Shown here piece by piece: positions 13,208 through 26,827 of a stretch of 64,000 bases of DNA. Where the stretch lies: contig NW_021833436.1 of assembly GCF_006345805.1 (NCBI RefSeq), forward strand, positions 1 through 64,000, given 5' to 3'. The position numbers and the translations under genes are program-made. This DNA comes from Octopus sinensis (lineage: Eukaryota). The notes beneath the pieces are model-generated. The model did no database searches. It worked only from the letters and a program-made list of their open reading frames with translations, and had not been told where the DNA came from. Within the stretch, counting starts at the first letter, position 1, and every line of letters begins with the position of its first letter.

Positions 13208-13246
<39 letters not shown>

Positions 13247-13259
13247 CTATAAAACAATA

Positions 13260-13760
13260 CTGGGAGGATAGAGACGGAACGAAGTGAAAATTCGAAAAGT
13301 CGAAAATTCGAACGAACCCGACGCGAGCGCTGTCAGACAATAGTGTAATAAATAAAATATATGCATACATACAAACATATATGTACGTACCGACATCTAC
13401 ATGTATATATACATGCATATATAAATATATATACGTACAGGACACCACAAAAAGACGTAAAACTCAACAGAAACGATAACGGAAAAGCCGTTTTGTTACA
13501 ACAGACGGACGAGAACGAAAACAGGAAAAACATTAAGTACAACAGAAAAACGAGGTACAGGAGATGCTACACAAGGAAAAATCCCCTTCATCAGCTGTCA
13601 CTAGCAGACATAGCGTGTTTCGAAGGCAAGACAGGACACGTCTGGTCATGCTAGGCCTTCCTACGAGAGAATTAAAATAAAATAATCTCGCAGAGGGGTA
13701 AAACAAGCAAGAAAAAATGTAACACAAAAAGGGACGTAACAAAGAACTGCACAATAAAAT
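13260..13760. repeat. Dispersed repeat related (inverted) to 58950-59340; probable PLE terminal-repeat family
   Basis: Shared blocks such as GCATACATACAAACATATATGTACGTAC and CATCAGCTGTC(A/G)CTAG...TTTCGAAGGCAAGACAG. Confidence 0.6.
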
Positions 13761-13764
13761 ACAA

Positions 13765-16700
13765 GAACAAAATACCAGTATTCAACCCAAGAATAACAAT
13801 GGAGCGGTACGTACTTTAAACTTACAACAAAAAATGTACGGAAAGCTACACGTGCGAAATAATGTGACAACAGAAATGAACGGACCGATACCCTACGAAA
13901 ATGACGACCGTCAAAATAATGGGCCGGGCGTTGTTCCTCATGTCCCGCAAATAAAACCCAAAAGACATAAATGGACACATTTCTATCTTACACGCATACT
14001 TCACAGCAGTGCTCTACCAAAAAAATGAAAAGACAACAACACATACATATAAAATATGGAAGGAAAATAACATAAATATAGACTTGGATATAGCAATGAA
14101 CCCTAATAAATTAGCTAACGTACGAAGATACATTCTCAAAGCAAAAGAAATATCAGAAATAGAAATAGAACATCTAAAAGAAACAATACACAAGGAAAAT
14201 GTAGATAGAAGCCACACAACAATACCCAATAATATAAACACTGAAATATTAAAACACGAAGACAAACGAAACATTCCCAACAAACACGATGTAAACAACG
14301 AAGGGGAGCCTAATGATTATGATAATATAAAAAGTAAAATAATCAAAGAACTGAAAACCACAGAGCTCAAAATGGCCCACCGACCATACCTCCCAAGAAT
14401 CAAAATAGACGAAACAAAACACCAATTATAAACAGCATAAAACTAACCGTCACTGAACTAATAGCCACTGAAACAAAAAGCGACATCACTGAGCTAAATG
14501 ACTTAGTATACGCAGCAGCCACTGCAGCCACAGAAGAAGCTGGATACTCACTCAAACCCATCCAAACAGGAGTACCAACACCCAAACAAACCCTGTGGAT
14601 AAATAACATCCAAAACAAAATACAAAAAATGAGAAAAGATCTGTCGATTCTTAATGAAATCAGCAGACAATCAACGCTACTGAGCAACAAAAAGAAAACA
14701 AAAATACTCCGCAAATATAACATCACAGAAAAAGATTTACCTGAGATAAAAGAAAAGCTGAAGCAAGATATCCTTGCCAAAGCACAAAGAATCCGCCGGT
14801 ACGAGAACCGCCAGCGCTTCTTTGAACAAAACAAAAAGTTCAACTCCAGCCCCAAAAAGTTCTACCAAGAACTTGGCAAAAATAAAATAGAAATCACTGC
14901 AGCACCAACGGCAGAAGAAGTGGAAGAATTCTGGAGAGAAATATGGTCGGCGAACGAACAACCAAAAGAAAGGAGTATCAAAATAACAAACTCGGCATCT
15001 GAACAACTTTGGATCACCATAACAACTGAAGAGGTCACCCAGGCACTGCAAAGACTAAGCAACTGGAAGGCACCTGGGCATGACAAGATCCCCAACTTCT
15101 GGTTGAAATATCTAACAGGAATGCACAAAAAGCTGGCTGAAAACTTTAACAACATGCTAGCAGAGCCAGAGACAAGGCCTGAATGGCTCACGAAGGGGAA
15201 AACCATCTTAATTCCCAAATCAAATGAGACAGCAAAACCAGAAAACTACATACCAATAACCTGTCTCCTTACAATGTTCAAGGCATTTACTGCAGTGATA
15301 TCGCAAAGGTTGAACAAGCACCTGGACGAAAACAAACTGTTCCCAGAAGAGCAGAAAGGATGCCGCAAAAGCTCATATGGCTGTAAAGATCAACTAATGA
15401 TTAATAAAGCCATAACTGAAGACAGCCACAGAAAGAAGAAAGGCCTCAGTATGGCCTGGATCGACTACAAAAAGGCGTTTGATAGCATCCCCCACACATG
15501 GATCCTCGAAACACTAGCCATTAACAAAGTAGCACCAACAATCATAAAATTCATAGGGCACTCTATGAATAAATGGCAAACAGTCCTACACCTCCAAACA
15601 AAAGAGGGACTCATGAAAACCAAAGACATCCCCATTAGAAAAGGAATATTCCAAGGAGACACGCTCTCTCCACTCCTTTTCTGCTTGGCACTGTCACCCC
15701 TATATGATTTGCTAAATAGAACTGGATGTGGATATAAATGTTACGGCAAAACGATCAGCCACCTTTTATATATGGATGACCTAAAACTATACGCTGCAAA
15801 TGACAACAGCTGGAAACACTATTAAAGACAGTTCATGGATTTACCAAAGAAATAGATATGAAATTTGGATTAGAAAAATGCGCCAAAGTAACCCTGAAAA
15901 GAGGAAAACTAGTGAAGAGTAGCAGCATCACACTAGATAAAACCAATGAAATAAAAGAATTAGACCAAAGCCAAACTTACAAATACTTAGGAATCCATGA
16001 ACTAGATAAGACACAACACACACAAATGAAAGAGAAAATAAAAAAAAGAATATTATAGACGAGTTAGCTCAATACTAAAAACAGAGCTCAATGCTAAAAA
16101 CAAGATAATAGGTATTAACACTTTAGCTGTCCCAGTTATAAGTTACAGCTACAATATCCTTAACTGGACACTAAATGAACTGACCAAAATAGATAGGAAA
16201 ACAAGAAAAATAATGTCAGAATCTAGGATGCCTCACCCAAACTCTGACATAGAAAGACTATACATACAACTTATAGAAGGTGGTAGAGGCCTTATACAAC
16301 TGGAAAACTACTATAAAATAACCACCATAGGATTGCAAAAATATCTACTTCAGAAGGAAGAAAAACTGATACAAATAGCGGCAAAACACGAGCAAAACAA
16401 AAAATTGTTGTCAGTATTTAAGGAAGCTGACAAATACAAACAAGAAATCATACCACCTAATAAATATGAAGAAGAAGAAGAAGATGAAGAAACAACAAAA
16501 GCTATAAAACAAATGAAATCCAAACTAAAAATAGAACAGCAACGAACCATGATAAAACGATGGCAAGAAAAGCCCCTTCATGGTAAATACTGCACTAAAC
16601 TAAACGCAAAAGAAATAGACAAAGAAAAATCTCAGCAATGGTTGAGAAGCACAAGACCAAAGCCTCCCCACCAGAAATTACCCAAAACATGTAATGAAAA

Positions 16701-17383
16701 GAAATATAACAAGTAACTGCAGAATATGTGGAGATGGACAAGAAACAATAAATCATATTATCTCTAGCTGACCAGTCCTGGCTAAGAAGGAATATATTCA
16801 CAGACATGACAGGGTTGGAACCTACATACACTGGAAGCTATGCCAACATTATGGAAAAACAACAGAAGAAAGATGGTATAGGCACACACCAGAAAATGTC
16901 ACAGAAAACGAGAAAGCAGCCATACTCTGGGATATGCCGATACACACAGATAGAGAAATTAAGGCCAACAGACCAGATATAGTTGTCAAAGATCATGAAG
17001 AAAAAAATGCTTTCTAATTGATGTATCAATACCGGCTGATGACAACGTGTCTCTAAAAGAAATGGAGAAACTCTCAAATTACAAAGACCTGGAAATAGAG
17101 GTAGCCAGAATGTGAAATCTAAAGACAGAAACAATTCCTATCATAGTAGGTGCATTAGGCATGATAAAAAAATATTCAGACAAATACATAACAAAAACAC
17201 CAGGACTTACAAACACATATAACATACAGAAAATTGCACTACTAGGCACTGCACACATCCTACGCAGAACACTTTCCATACAATAACCATCAGAGCATCA
17301 CAACAAATCACAGCACATACCCAAGGCACACAGAGCTGCGCTCGGTAGTAAAGTGATAGCACGCTATAAAAATAAAACTACTG
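13765..17383 (+). mobile_element. Near full-length R4/Dong-clade non-LTR retrotransposon (RT + restriction-like endonuclease), frameshifted
   Basis: RT motifs WKAPGHD, EQKGCRK, WIDYKKAFDSIPH, IFQGDTLSPLLF, LYMDDLKLY, FGLEKC. C-terminal RHDRVG..IHWKLC, RPDIVV, LIDVSIP and KYKDL (RLE). Ends in an (AAT)n tail. Confidence 0.92.
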
Positions 17384-17429
17384 AATAATAATGATAATAA
17401 CGATAATAATAATAATAATAATAATAATA

Positions 17430-17481
<52 letters not shown>

Positions 17482-17482
<1 letters not shown>

Positions 17483-18395
17483 TAGGGTTTCTTCATAGCC
17501 AACAAGAGAGAAGAAACCCTATTCCATATGGAATTACATGGTAAGTTCCACCGTGAAACCAACAAATTAAAAGACCAGGAAGCATCATAGAGGTGACTTA
17601 ACAAGGGTGACCAAAAAAGGATAGTAAAAGCCTAATCATCGCTACCCAGTATCAGGCATTAAATACCAATTCAACGAAAAATAACATATAACAAACAAGC
17701 GCATCGGACCTTTGCAGCATTGTGGGAAGAGGTCGAAAATGGGAAACACATTTTTAGTATTTGTGAAAGACTTGCCCAGGAAGGGTACTAGCGTTGACAC
17801 TACAAAGTAGCCCCAAACCTCCACTGGCCACTATGCCGTAAGTATGGATATGAGGTTACTGAGTTCAAGGGTGCTTCATACCAACATACACCGGAAAAGC
17901 AATGGACGAAAAAAGGGAAGGCAAATCTCCTCTGGGACATTTCCAGATAGGCAATGTGTTAGAGCAGCGAAGGCTAGATAGAGTAATATTTAGGTGGGAC
18001 AACCAAGAGTGTCTAATAGTCGACGTAGCAGTGCCAGGAGATCAACGTATCATGAAAGAAAGAGAAACAGTTGATAAATATGGCGACCTGAAAACTGAGA
18101 TACGAACATAAAGGTTATCCCTATTGTTATCGGAGCATTAGGTTCAATACCATCTAATCTGAAAAAACATCTGAAAACTTTAGAGATACCCTACAATCTA
18201 GATGTATTGCTAAAGTCGGCACTATTTGGAACTTCATGCATATTGCGTGAAGTACTGTCTGCCTGAAGCCCTTGTTGTAAATTGACGGATAGTGCAAACT
18301 CCCCAGTAGACACAATATAATCAATCAACCACCTCACGATATGTTATACTGTGCGACATATATAATAATAATAATAATAATAATGATGATAATAA

Positions 18396-18485
<90 letters not shown>

Positions 18486-19435
18486 CTACGAAGAAATTAA
18501 ATGCCACCGATACTATTCTACCCAAGAATAACAATCGAGCGGTACGTACATTAAACTTACATTAAAAAATGGACGAAAAACTACACGTGCAAAATAATGT
18601 GACAACAGAAATAAACGGACCGGTACCCTACGAAAATGACGACCGTCAAAATAATGGGCCGGACGTTGTACCTCATGTCCCGCAAATAAAACCCAAAAGA
18701 CGTAAATGGACACGTGAGGAATACATTTCTATCTTACACGCATACTTCACAGCAATGCTCTACCCAAAAAATGAAAATACAACAACACATACATATAAAA
18801 TATGGAAGGAAAATAATAGAGATATAGACTTGGATACAGCAATGAACCCTAATAAATTAGCTAAAGTACGAAGATACATTCTCAAAGCCAAAAAATATCA
18901 GAAATAGAAATAGAACATTTAAAAGAAAAAATACACCAGGAAAATGTAGATAGAAGCCACACAACAATGCCCAATAATATAATTAAGGCCAACAGACCAG
19001 ATATAGTTGTCAGAGATCATGAAGAAAAAAATGCTTTCTAATTGATGTATCAATACCGGCAGATGACAACGTGTCTCTAAAAGAAATGGAGAAACTCTCA
19101 AAATACAAAGACCTGGAAATAGAGGTAACCAGAATGTGGAATCTGAAAACAGAAACAATTCCTATCATAGTAGGTGCATTAGGCATGATAAAAAAATATT
19201 CAGACAAATACATAACAAAAACACCAGGACTTACAAACACATATAACATACAGAAAATTGCACTACTAGGCACTGCACACATCCTACGCAGAACACTTTC
19301 CATACAATAACCATCAGAGCATCACAGCAAATCACAGCACATACCCAAGGCACACAGAGCTGCGCTCAGTAGTGAAGTGAAAGCACCCTATAAAAAAAAC
19401 TACTGAATATAATGATAATAACGATAATAATAATA

Positions 19436-19473
<38 letters not shown>

Positions 19474-20410
19474 TAATAATAATAATAATATAATAATAAT
19501 GTAGGGTTTCTTCATAGCCAACAAGAGAGAAGAAACCCTATTCCATATGGAATTACATGGTAAGTTCCACCGTGAAACCAACAATTAAAAGACCAGGAAG
19601 CATCATAGAGGTGACTTAACAAGGGTGACCAAAAAAGGATAGTAAAAGCCTAATCATCGCTACCCAGTATCAGGCATTAAATACCAATTCAACGAAAAAT
19701 AACATATAACAAACAAGCGCATCGGACCTTTGCAGCATTGTGGGAAGAGGGTCGAAAATGGGAAACACATTTTTAGTATTTGTGAAAGACTTGCCCAGGA
19801 AGGGTACTAGCGTTGACACTACAAAGTAGCCCCAAACCTCCACTGGCCACTATGCCGTAAGTATGGATATGAGGTTACTGAGGTTAAGGGTCTTCATACC
19901 AACATACACCGGAAAAGCAATGGACGAAAAAAGGGAAGGCAAATCTCCTCTGGGACATTTCCAGATAGGCAATGTGTTAGAGCAGCGAAGGCTAGATAGA
20001 GTAATATTTAGGTGGGACAACCAAGAGTGTCTAATAGTCGACGTAGCAGTGCCAGGAGATCAACGTATCATGAAAGAAAGAGAAACAGTTGATAAATATG
20101 GCGACCTGAAAACTGAGATACGAACATAAAGGTTATCCCTATTGTTATCGGAGCATTAGGTTCAATACCATCTAATCTGAAAAAACATCTGAAAACTTTA
20201 GAGATACCCTACAATCTAGATGTATTGCTAAAGTCGGCACTATTTGGAACTTCATGCATATTGCGTGAAGTACTGTCTGCCTGAAGCCCTTGTTGTAAAT
20301 TGACGGATAGTGCAAACTCCCCAGTAGACACAATATAATCAATCAACCACCTCACGATATGTTATACTGTGCGACATATATAATAATAATAATAATAATG
20401 ATGATAATAA

Positions 20411-20463
<53 letters not shown>

Positions 20464-21415
20464 TAATAATAATAATAATAATATAATAATAATAAACTAC
20501 GAAGAAATTAAATGCCACCGATACTATTCTACCCAAGAATAACAATCGAGCGGTACGTACATTAAACTTACATAAAAAATGGACGAAAAACTACACGTGC
20601 AAAATAATGTGACAACAGAAATAAACGGACCGGTACCCTACGAAAATGACGACCGTCAAAATAATGGGCCGGACGTTGTACCTCATGTCCCGCAAATAAA
20701 ACCCAAAAGACGTAAATGGACACGTGAGGAATACATTTCTATCTTACACGCATACTTCACAGCAATGCTCTACCCAAAAAATGAAAATACAACAACACAT
20801 ACATATAAAATATGGAAGGAAAATAATAGAGATATAGACTTGGATACAGCAATGAACCCTAATAAATTAGCTAAAGTACGAAGATACATTCTCAAAGCCA
20901 AAAAATATCAGAAATAGAAATAGAACATTTAAAAGAAAAAATACACCAGGAAAATGTAGATAGAAGCCACACAACAATGCCCAATAATATAATTAAGGCC
21001 AACAGACCAGATATAGTTGTCAGAGATCATGAAGAAAAAAATGCTTTCTAATTGATGTATCAATACCGGCAGATGACAACGTGTCTCTAAAAGAAATGGA
21101 GAAACTCTCAAAATACAAAGACCTGGAAATAGAGGTAACCAGAATGTGGAATCTGAAAACAGAAACAATTCCTATCATAGTAGGTGCATTAGGCATGATA
21201 AAAAAATATTCAGACAAATACATAACAAAAACACCAGGACTTACAAACACATATAACATACAGAAAATTGCACTACTAGGCACTGCACACATCCTACGCA
21301 GAACACTTTCCATACAATAACCATCAGAGCATCACAGCAAATCACAGCACATACCCAAGGCACACAGAGCTGCGCTCAGTAGTGAAGTGAAAGCACCCTA
21401 TAAAAAAAACTACTG
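17482..21415 (+). repeat. Two tandem ~2.02-kb units, each [3' fragment of a second RLE-LINE][(AAT)n][internally deleted Dong copy][(AAT)n]
   Basis: Unit starts at 17482 and 19501. Identical ORFs recur at 18569/20579 and 19071/21081. The deletion junction is at ~18982 and ~20992. Confidence 0.92.
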
Positions 21416-21449
21416 AATAATAATTATCATAATAATAATAATAATAATA

Positions 21450-21480
<31 letters not shown>

Positions 21481-21506
21481 TATTATTATTATTATTATTA
21501 TTATAA

Positions 21507-22560
21507 TCTAGGTAAAATTGAGCGGTGATTAAGAGGAAACTGGAAAAATGGGAAAAAGACCGACCGAGAAAAATTAGAGAAGAAATATAAAATACGGAAG
21601 TTCGGGTTTGATGCAGTAATAGAGCAGTTAAAACAGAAAATCATGGCAAAAAGCCAGAAGATCAGAAGACTTGTGGACAGAAATAAACAGTTCGAGGAGA
21701 ACAGTTTATTCAAAAATAACCCAAAAGTTAGAAGGAGACAATGAGGAATATGTTGCTCCTGATGTAAATCAAATCAAGGAGTTCTGGAGCGGATTATCGG
21801 GAATCAATGTGGTACACAAGTGGGATGCAATGTGTGTAGGAACTATCAAGGTAGACTTACAAGGAGGAAAGAAACAAGGGAATATTATCATAAGTACGGG
21901 CGATGTGAAAGAACAAGTGGGTAAAGTGTGTAACTGGAAAATGTAGAAAATGTAACCTTCTTGGTAAATGGATATTAGAGCCTTGCACATAAAGAATACA
22001 AGCGCCGCCACGATAAAATGTGCGTGTATCTTCTTTGACACTTATGCCGTAAATACCAATATGAAGTAACAGAGAACTGGTATGACCAAGTAAATATAAG
22101 CAGGAGGATGGAAAAGTAACGATACTCTGGGACTAATTATCAGATGGATCGTGTAATCGAACACCGTCGGCCGGATATTGTCATATTGAATGAGGGAGAA
22201 GAATACTGTCAAATAATTGACGTTGCCATACCAAATGACATGAATGTTGTGAGTAAAGAGGTTGAAAATTCACCAAGTACTCCGAATGAAAAGTGGAAAT
22301 GGCAAGACTGTATAGAATGGGCTCAATCCCTATGAATCTTCAAAACTTCTTAAGGCAACTGGAAATCCCATGCAAGATCGAGGTCTTGCAAAAAGCAGCC
22401 TTATTGGGTACAGCGCACATCTTAAAGCAAGTATTATCTGTCTGAGGTCCTTGTGACTTAACAGATGACAAGACTACGGTGCATTTTTACCTACACTATG
22501 TTACGAAACAACAACAACAATAATAATAACGACAACAAGAACAACAATAATAATAATGAT
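21507..22560 (+). mobile_element. Degenerate third RLE-LINE (R4/Dong-like) fragment
   Basis: KIRRLVDRNKQFEEN, YKRRHDK, DRVIEHRRPDIVI..IIDVAIPND, KAALLGTAHILK; tail of AAC/AAT/GAT repeats. Confidence 0.75.
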
Positions 22561-22589
22561 GATGATAATGATGATGATGATTTCATTTG

Positions 22590-25020
22590 ACATCAGGACG
22601 AAGTATTAGGGGGACAATGCAAAAACAGACACAAAGTGTGGAGATGTACAAGTAATGAAATGATGAAATAACAAAAACAACGAAAAAGAGTAAATATAAG
22701 TGTCATACAATGAAAAGGAAGGGAAATATACGCAATATACAAAGGCTAAAAAGAAAAAAGGCGGGTGATTGAGACGTAGTCCTCCTGATAAAGGATGACC
22801 TCCAGGGATAATCGAGGATCCCTACTGTGACATATCTCCTTGAAAACCAAGGGCATGTGTCCTCTCCAATTCCTACTCTTCGACTCACAGGTTTACACAC
22901 ACAGAGGTACCATCCACTCTTGCTATTTTCGCAACTTTCACCCACCTTTTAATAAATTAACTCGAGGGCAGAACTTCCCACTCTATACTCCATTTCCTTT
23001 TCATGTGAAACTTGAAGAAACCCCTCAGATCATAAACAAAGAGGAATGTATCTATCCTCATGCCTTTTAGTCTTGTCCACCAAACAACCTCTTTCGTCAC
23101 AGCCACCAGACGAAAAACATGCCTTGCTTGCTGATTAAAGAAGAGCAGCGAGCAACCATTACTATGCACTCCACCGATAGATGGATCTGTCCCATACGTG
23201 ACAGGTGTTCGACATAACCCCACAAATCAGCAATGTCTGGACACTAAACGAGTGCGTGCAGAACAGTTACATCATTCAGTGCGCGCTTCGGAGAAGCCCG
23301 TGTGACAGGACATCCGTGCCTATTGAATTTATCTCGAACCGGAAGCGCCCTGCGGCAGCACTATTTTGGCCAAGAACATATGGAATGTATCCATGATAAT
23401 GACCGACCGGAACGTCTTCCAGAACGCCAAGAACATCGTCGTACTTCGCCAGTAATCATCTATAAATTACTGAAGCAGAACAGCCCACGATCCCATTGTC
23501 CGACTGGTAGATGGCTGTGAGTGCCTGTTGACATACTAGGCGTCAAGCGCCTAGTCGCGGTCTTTTCTTTACCCAGGACTACAGCTCTGTCAAGGAGACA
23601 AGCTATGGAAAGACGTTCCTCCCAAACGGAGCCCACGCATGCTCACCTTTTAGAAATCATTGCAGGTGGCGCAACGTAACACCGTATCTGCGCATTAGAA
23701 GCCACAGCGTGCCTAAGCCGCCACTCAGAGGGTGCTGGCAGTAGACTGATGGTCTGACCATCGGAACGCAATCCTTCCACAAGAAATTAAATGAGACGTT
23801 CCAACCCAGTCAAGCAGTAACCGGGACAAGGCACAATGATCAGGCGATAAAAGATGAAGTAGGAAATGTAGGCATTCGCCTCCTCTGCCTGATCTTTCAA
23901 GGATAGCTTCCTCTCAGCCATTTCTGGGTAAGACTGGTCACCCTGTTCGTCACTTAGTCTCAGTTCTTACCTTCCTGGAGGGTGGGACCAAACCAGACTA
24001 CGTGCAATTTGACTGGTCTGTCGGTCCAGCGTCCAACGACACCGTCCCATAACATGAACCTGACTATCCAGGAGACTTACCGCAAACAATCGATTTGTCA
24101 GCGGTGCTTTTAGCCCCTGCAACTGACTCATATTCCTCTAGAATGATGCTAAGAGTCTCCAGTTCGTTGGTGTACGCTGATACTGCCTTTCCGCGTCTGA
24201 GTTCGATCTTTCGCAGAAGTAGCTTGAGTACCAATATGCACAGAAGAGGCGACAGCAGGAAGCCCTGACGGATCAAGCATGCGTTGCTAGACTTTTCCGA
24301 TTGGTAGCTGTTTACTTTGACCACCGAACAGATACAGCTGTGCATTGCAGCGAACCAACCTCTGAAACTGTGCCCGAATCCCCTGCTTTCAGGACGGCTT
24401 CCAAGTAGTGATGGTCGACCCTACCGAATGTTTTAGAATGATTAAAATTAATCAGAGCACTCTCGAAGCTAGGTTTGATCCCAGCCCTGTCTATGATGTA
24501 TCGCATAAGGTGGAAGTTGTTGTGGACAGACCTGCCCGGGATTGTGCACCTTTGTGCTTTCGCGGCCAGGCTACCGACAACAAGCGTCAACATTTTCGTC
24601 AACACCTTGGCCAAAATCTTAAACACTGTGTTTAGCAGGGATATGAGCTGAAAATTTCCTTGTACGTCCCCATTGTCGGCGTCCTTCCTCAGCAGTGTCA
24701 CTACACTCCGACCAACAGCACTAGGAATTTTCCCTTTCTGTTGCCATTTACGGTAAACGTCTGCCAGCAGGTCACAAAACAAATCTGTTGTCATGCTGGA
24801 GCGCCACCGGTGTCTTTTCAGTGGCTATTCTTTACGATTAGCCTTTTATGAAGGAAGGAATTCGAGGCTGCTCCCTTGTTTGAGTTTCTTCATCAGGGAC
24901 CTTGGACGGCCGGTGATCAAATTGTTTCCTGAACACTACCGCCTCTACACCATGAAGATGTTTCAGATGTTTTGGGTAGGCATTAAATCCCAACCTATTG
25001 CAATAGTGCATTGTCCTCAC
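22590..25020 (-). mobile_element. L1/Tx1-clade LINE remnant
   Basis: ORF 24312-24794(-) ISLLNTVFKILAKVL..IPGRSVHNN..SKTFGRVDHHYL; downstream RQGFLLSPLL in 24064-24345(-). Boundaries approximate. Confidence 0.8.
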
Positions 25021-25334
25021 TCTAGACGGGATGACGGGTACGTTTGGAACAGTGCAGCGACGTCCAGTTTGTGGTCAGTATAACTCTCGATGCCAAAGTT
25101 TGGTTCCAGTTCCTCCAGGATCTTACACACGTACATCATTACATAGCTCACCTGTCTTCTCTCGAGGGAGCAGAGTTGTAGCTCCCAATAACTCAGTTGT
25201 TACTTTGATGCAATCTTCCGGGTGTAGGACTACTACACTTCCACTATTTAATTGACTCTGTGGTGTGACCACAGTTGACTGCAGTATTCCAGGCAGTTGA
25301 GGACAAATGTCCTCTATAAGTCCAGCATAGTTTT

Positions 25335-26010
25335 TTGGTCCCTGATTCTGAAGCTTCTGTATTGCATTCTAGTATTGCGTATTCAGTATTTCACTAATCC
25401 TCTGGGGATTTGCAGTGGGTGCCATATTTTTCTCGAGCTGTTACCCCATGTTGTACCGTACTGAAGCAGACACTTTTACAAATTTATTGAAGGATTTGGG
25501 GTTTATCTTTATATTTTTGGCAGCCCTGGATTCTTTCTCTGCTCTCTTCTTTCTTGTTGTAGTGTTTGAATTCATTTTCGATATTATCAATACTTGTTTG
25601 AGATAGAGTCCTTCGCTATCCTGTAGTGGACCATTTAGACAGTTTGAGATATTTACTCGTTGTCTCATTAGAATGGTTATATCCTTGGGAACTATATTTT
25701 CCCGTTGGGTTGGCGTTCTCTCTGGAACAAACGTACAGCATATCCAAATGCATCATTGACATAAACTGCTATATCTTTATATCAGTTTCATAGGAGACGA
25801 AATTTGTTCCATGACTTCTTTTTCGATGCCATTCCTATCAGCTTTATGAAAGTTCAGGCTGGAGAGCTGGGTACATGGCCTGCATGTCTACTATTTTCTG
25901 TAGACCATATATCATTAGCTCTATTAAGTTATGGTCTGAGAGAATCGTCAGTGCCACCTAAACATTATGGATGGGCACCACGTTATTCGTGAAGCAGATG
26001 CCCAGGACAT
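25335..26010 (-). mobile_element. CR1-type LINE fragment (end of the APE domain and linker)
   Basis: Minus strand has LSDHNLIEL (APE SDH motif) and AAKNIKINPKSFNKF. Confidence 0.6.
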
Positions 26011-26025
26011 TTTTACCCCTTGTTG

Positions 26026-26058
<33 letters not shown>

Positions 26059-26827
26059 TCGAGGAAAGTAACTGAGAAGAATGAGAAAGAGTCATATATC
26101 AAATATGTAAAGTAACCCCAATATACCATTTGATACGTTCGACATAATTATTATACCACATACACAACAAAGACACATATACAATATATACAATAATTAC
26201 AAGCAATTATATTTGCTTCACGATCTTCGGCAAATATGTATGCATATGTGCGCGTGTGTATGTACGTATGCATGTGTTTTTATATGTATATATACACACA
26301 TAATCTATATAAGTGTGTCCACACACACACACGCACACACACATACACGCACACACACATGTACACCTAATAATATGGTAGATACTTTTGTAAGTATTTG
26401 TGTTTAAAGAACAAAAGAAAATTTACCTGAATGGATCACTCCTCCACACTACAGGTATAAACTTGTTTGTGTTTGTTTATGCGTATGTGTTCGTATATTT
26501 ATACACGCGCGCAGATACATACTCATACACACACAAATCACACACTTACACACACGCACTACACATGCACGCACACACACAAATACACACTCACATTCAA
26601 TTAGAACATTTCACGGTATTCAGAAGAAGTTAATCACTATGTATCACGCAATTCAATTTGTTTGCGGAAGCATTTTCACTTTGACTTAAAGAAAAAGGAA
26701 AAGAGCAAAACACAACGATTATTCAATAAGAAATAAATGTAACAAGATAACATTTTATGTATGAGATGTGATAATTACTTCGCGCACGTAAACTTTTGTT
26801 TTGGTATTTATCACAATATGATAAAAT

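Noticed and set aside
13585-13640. Hammerhead in GAAA..CTGATGA (type II) order, also at ~59090-59140
   Set aside because: Core words are present, but stems II and III do not pair consistently in the two copies.
17482-21415. CRISPR-like or satellite array
   Set aside because: The repeats are LINE fragments and (AAT)n, with no short repeat-spacer structure; the context is eukaryotic.
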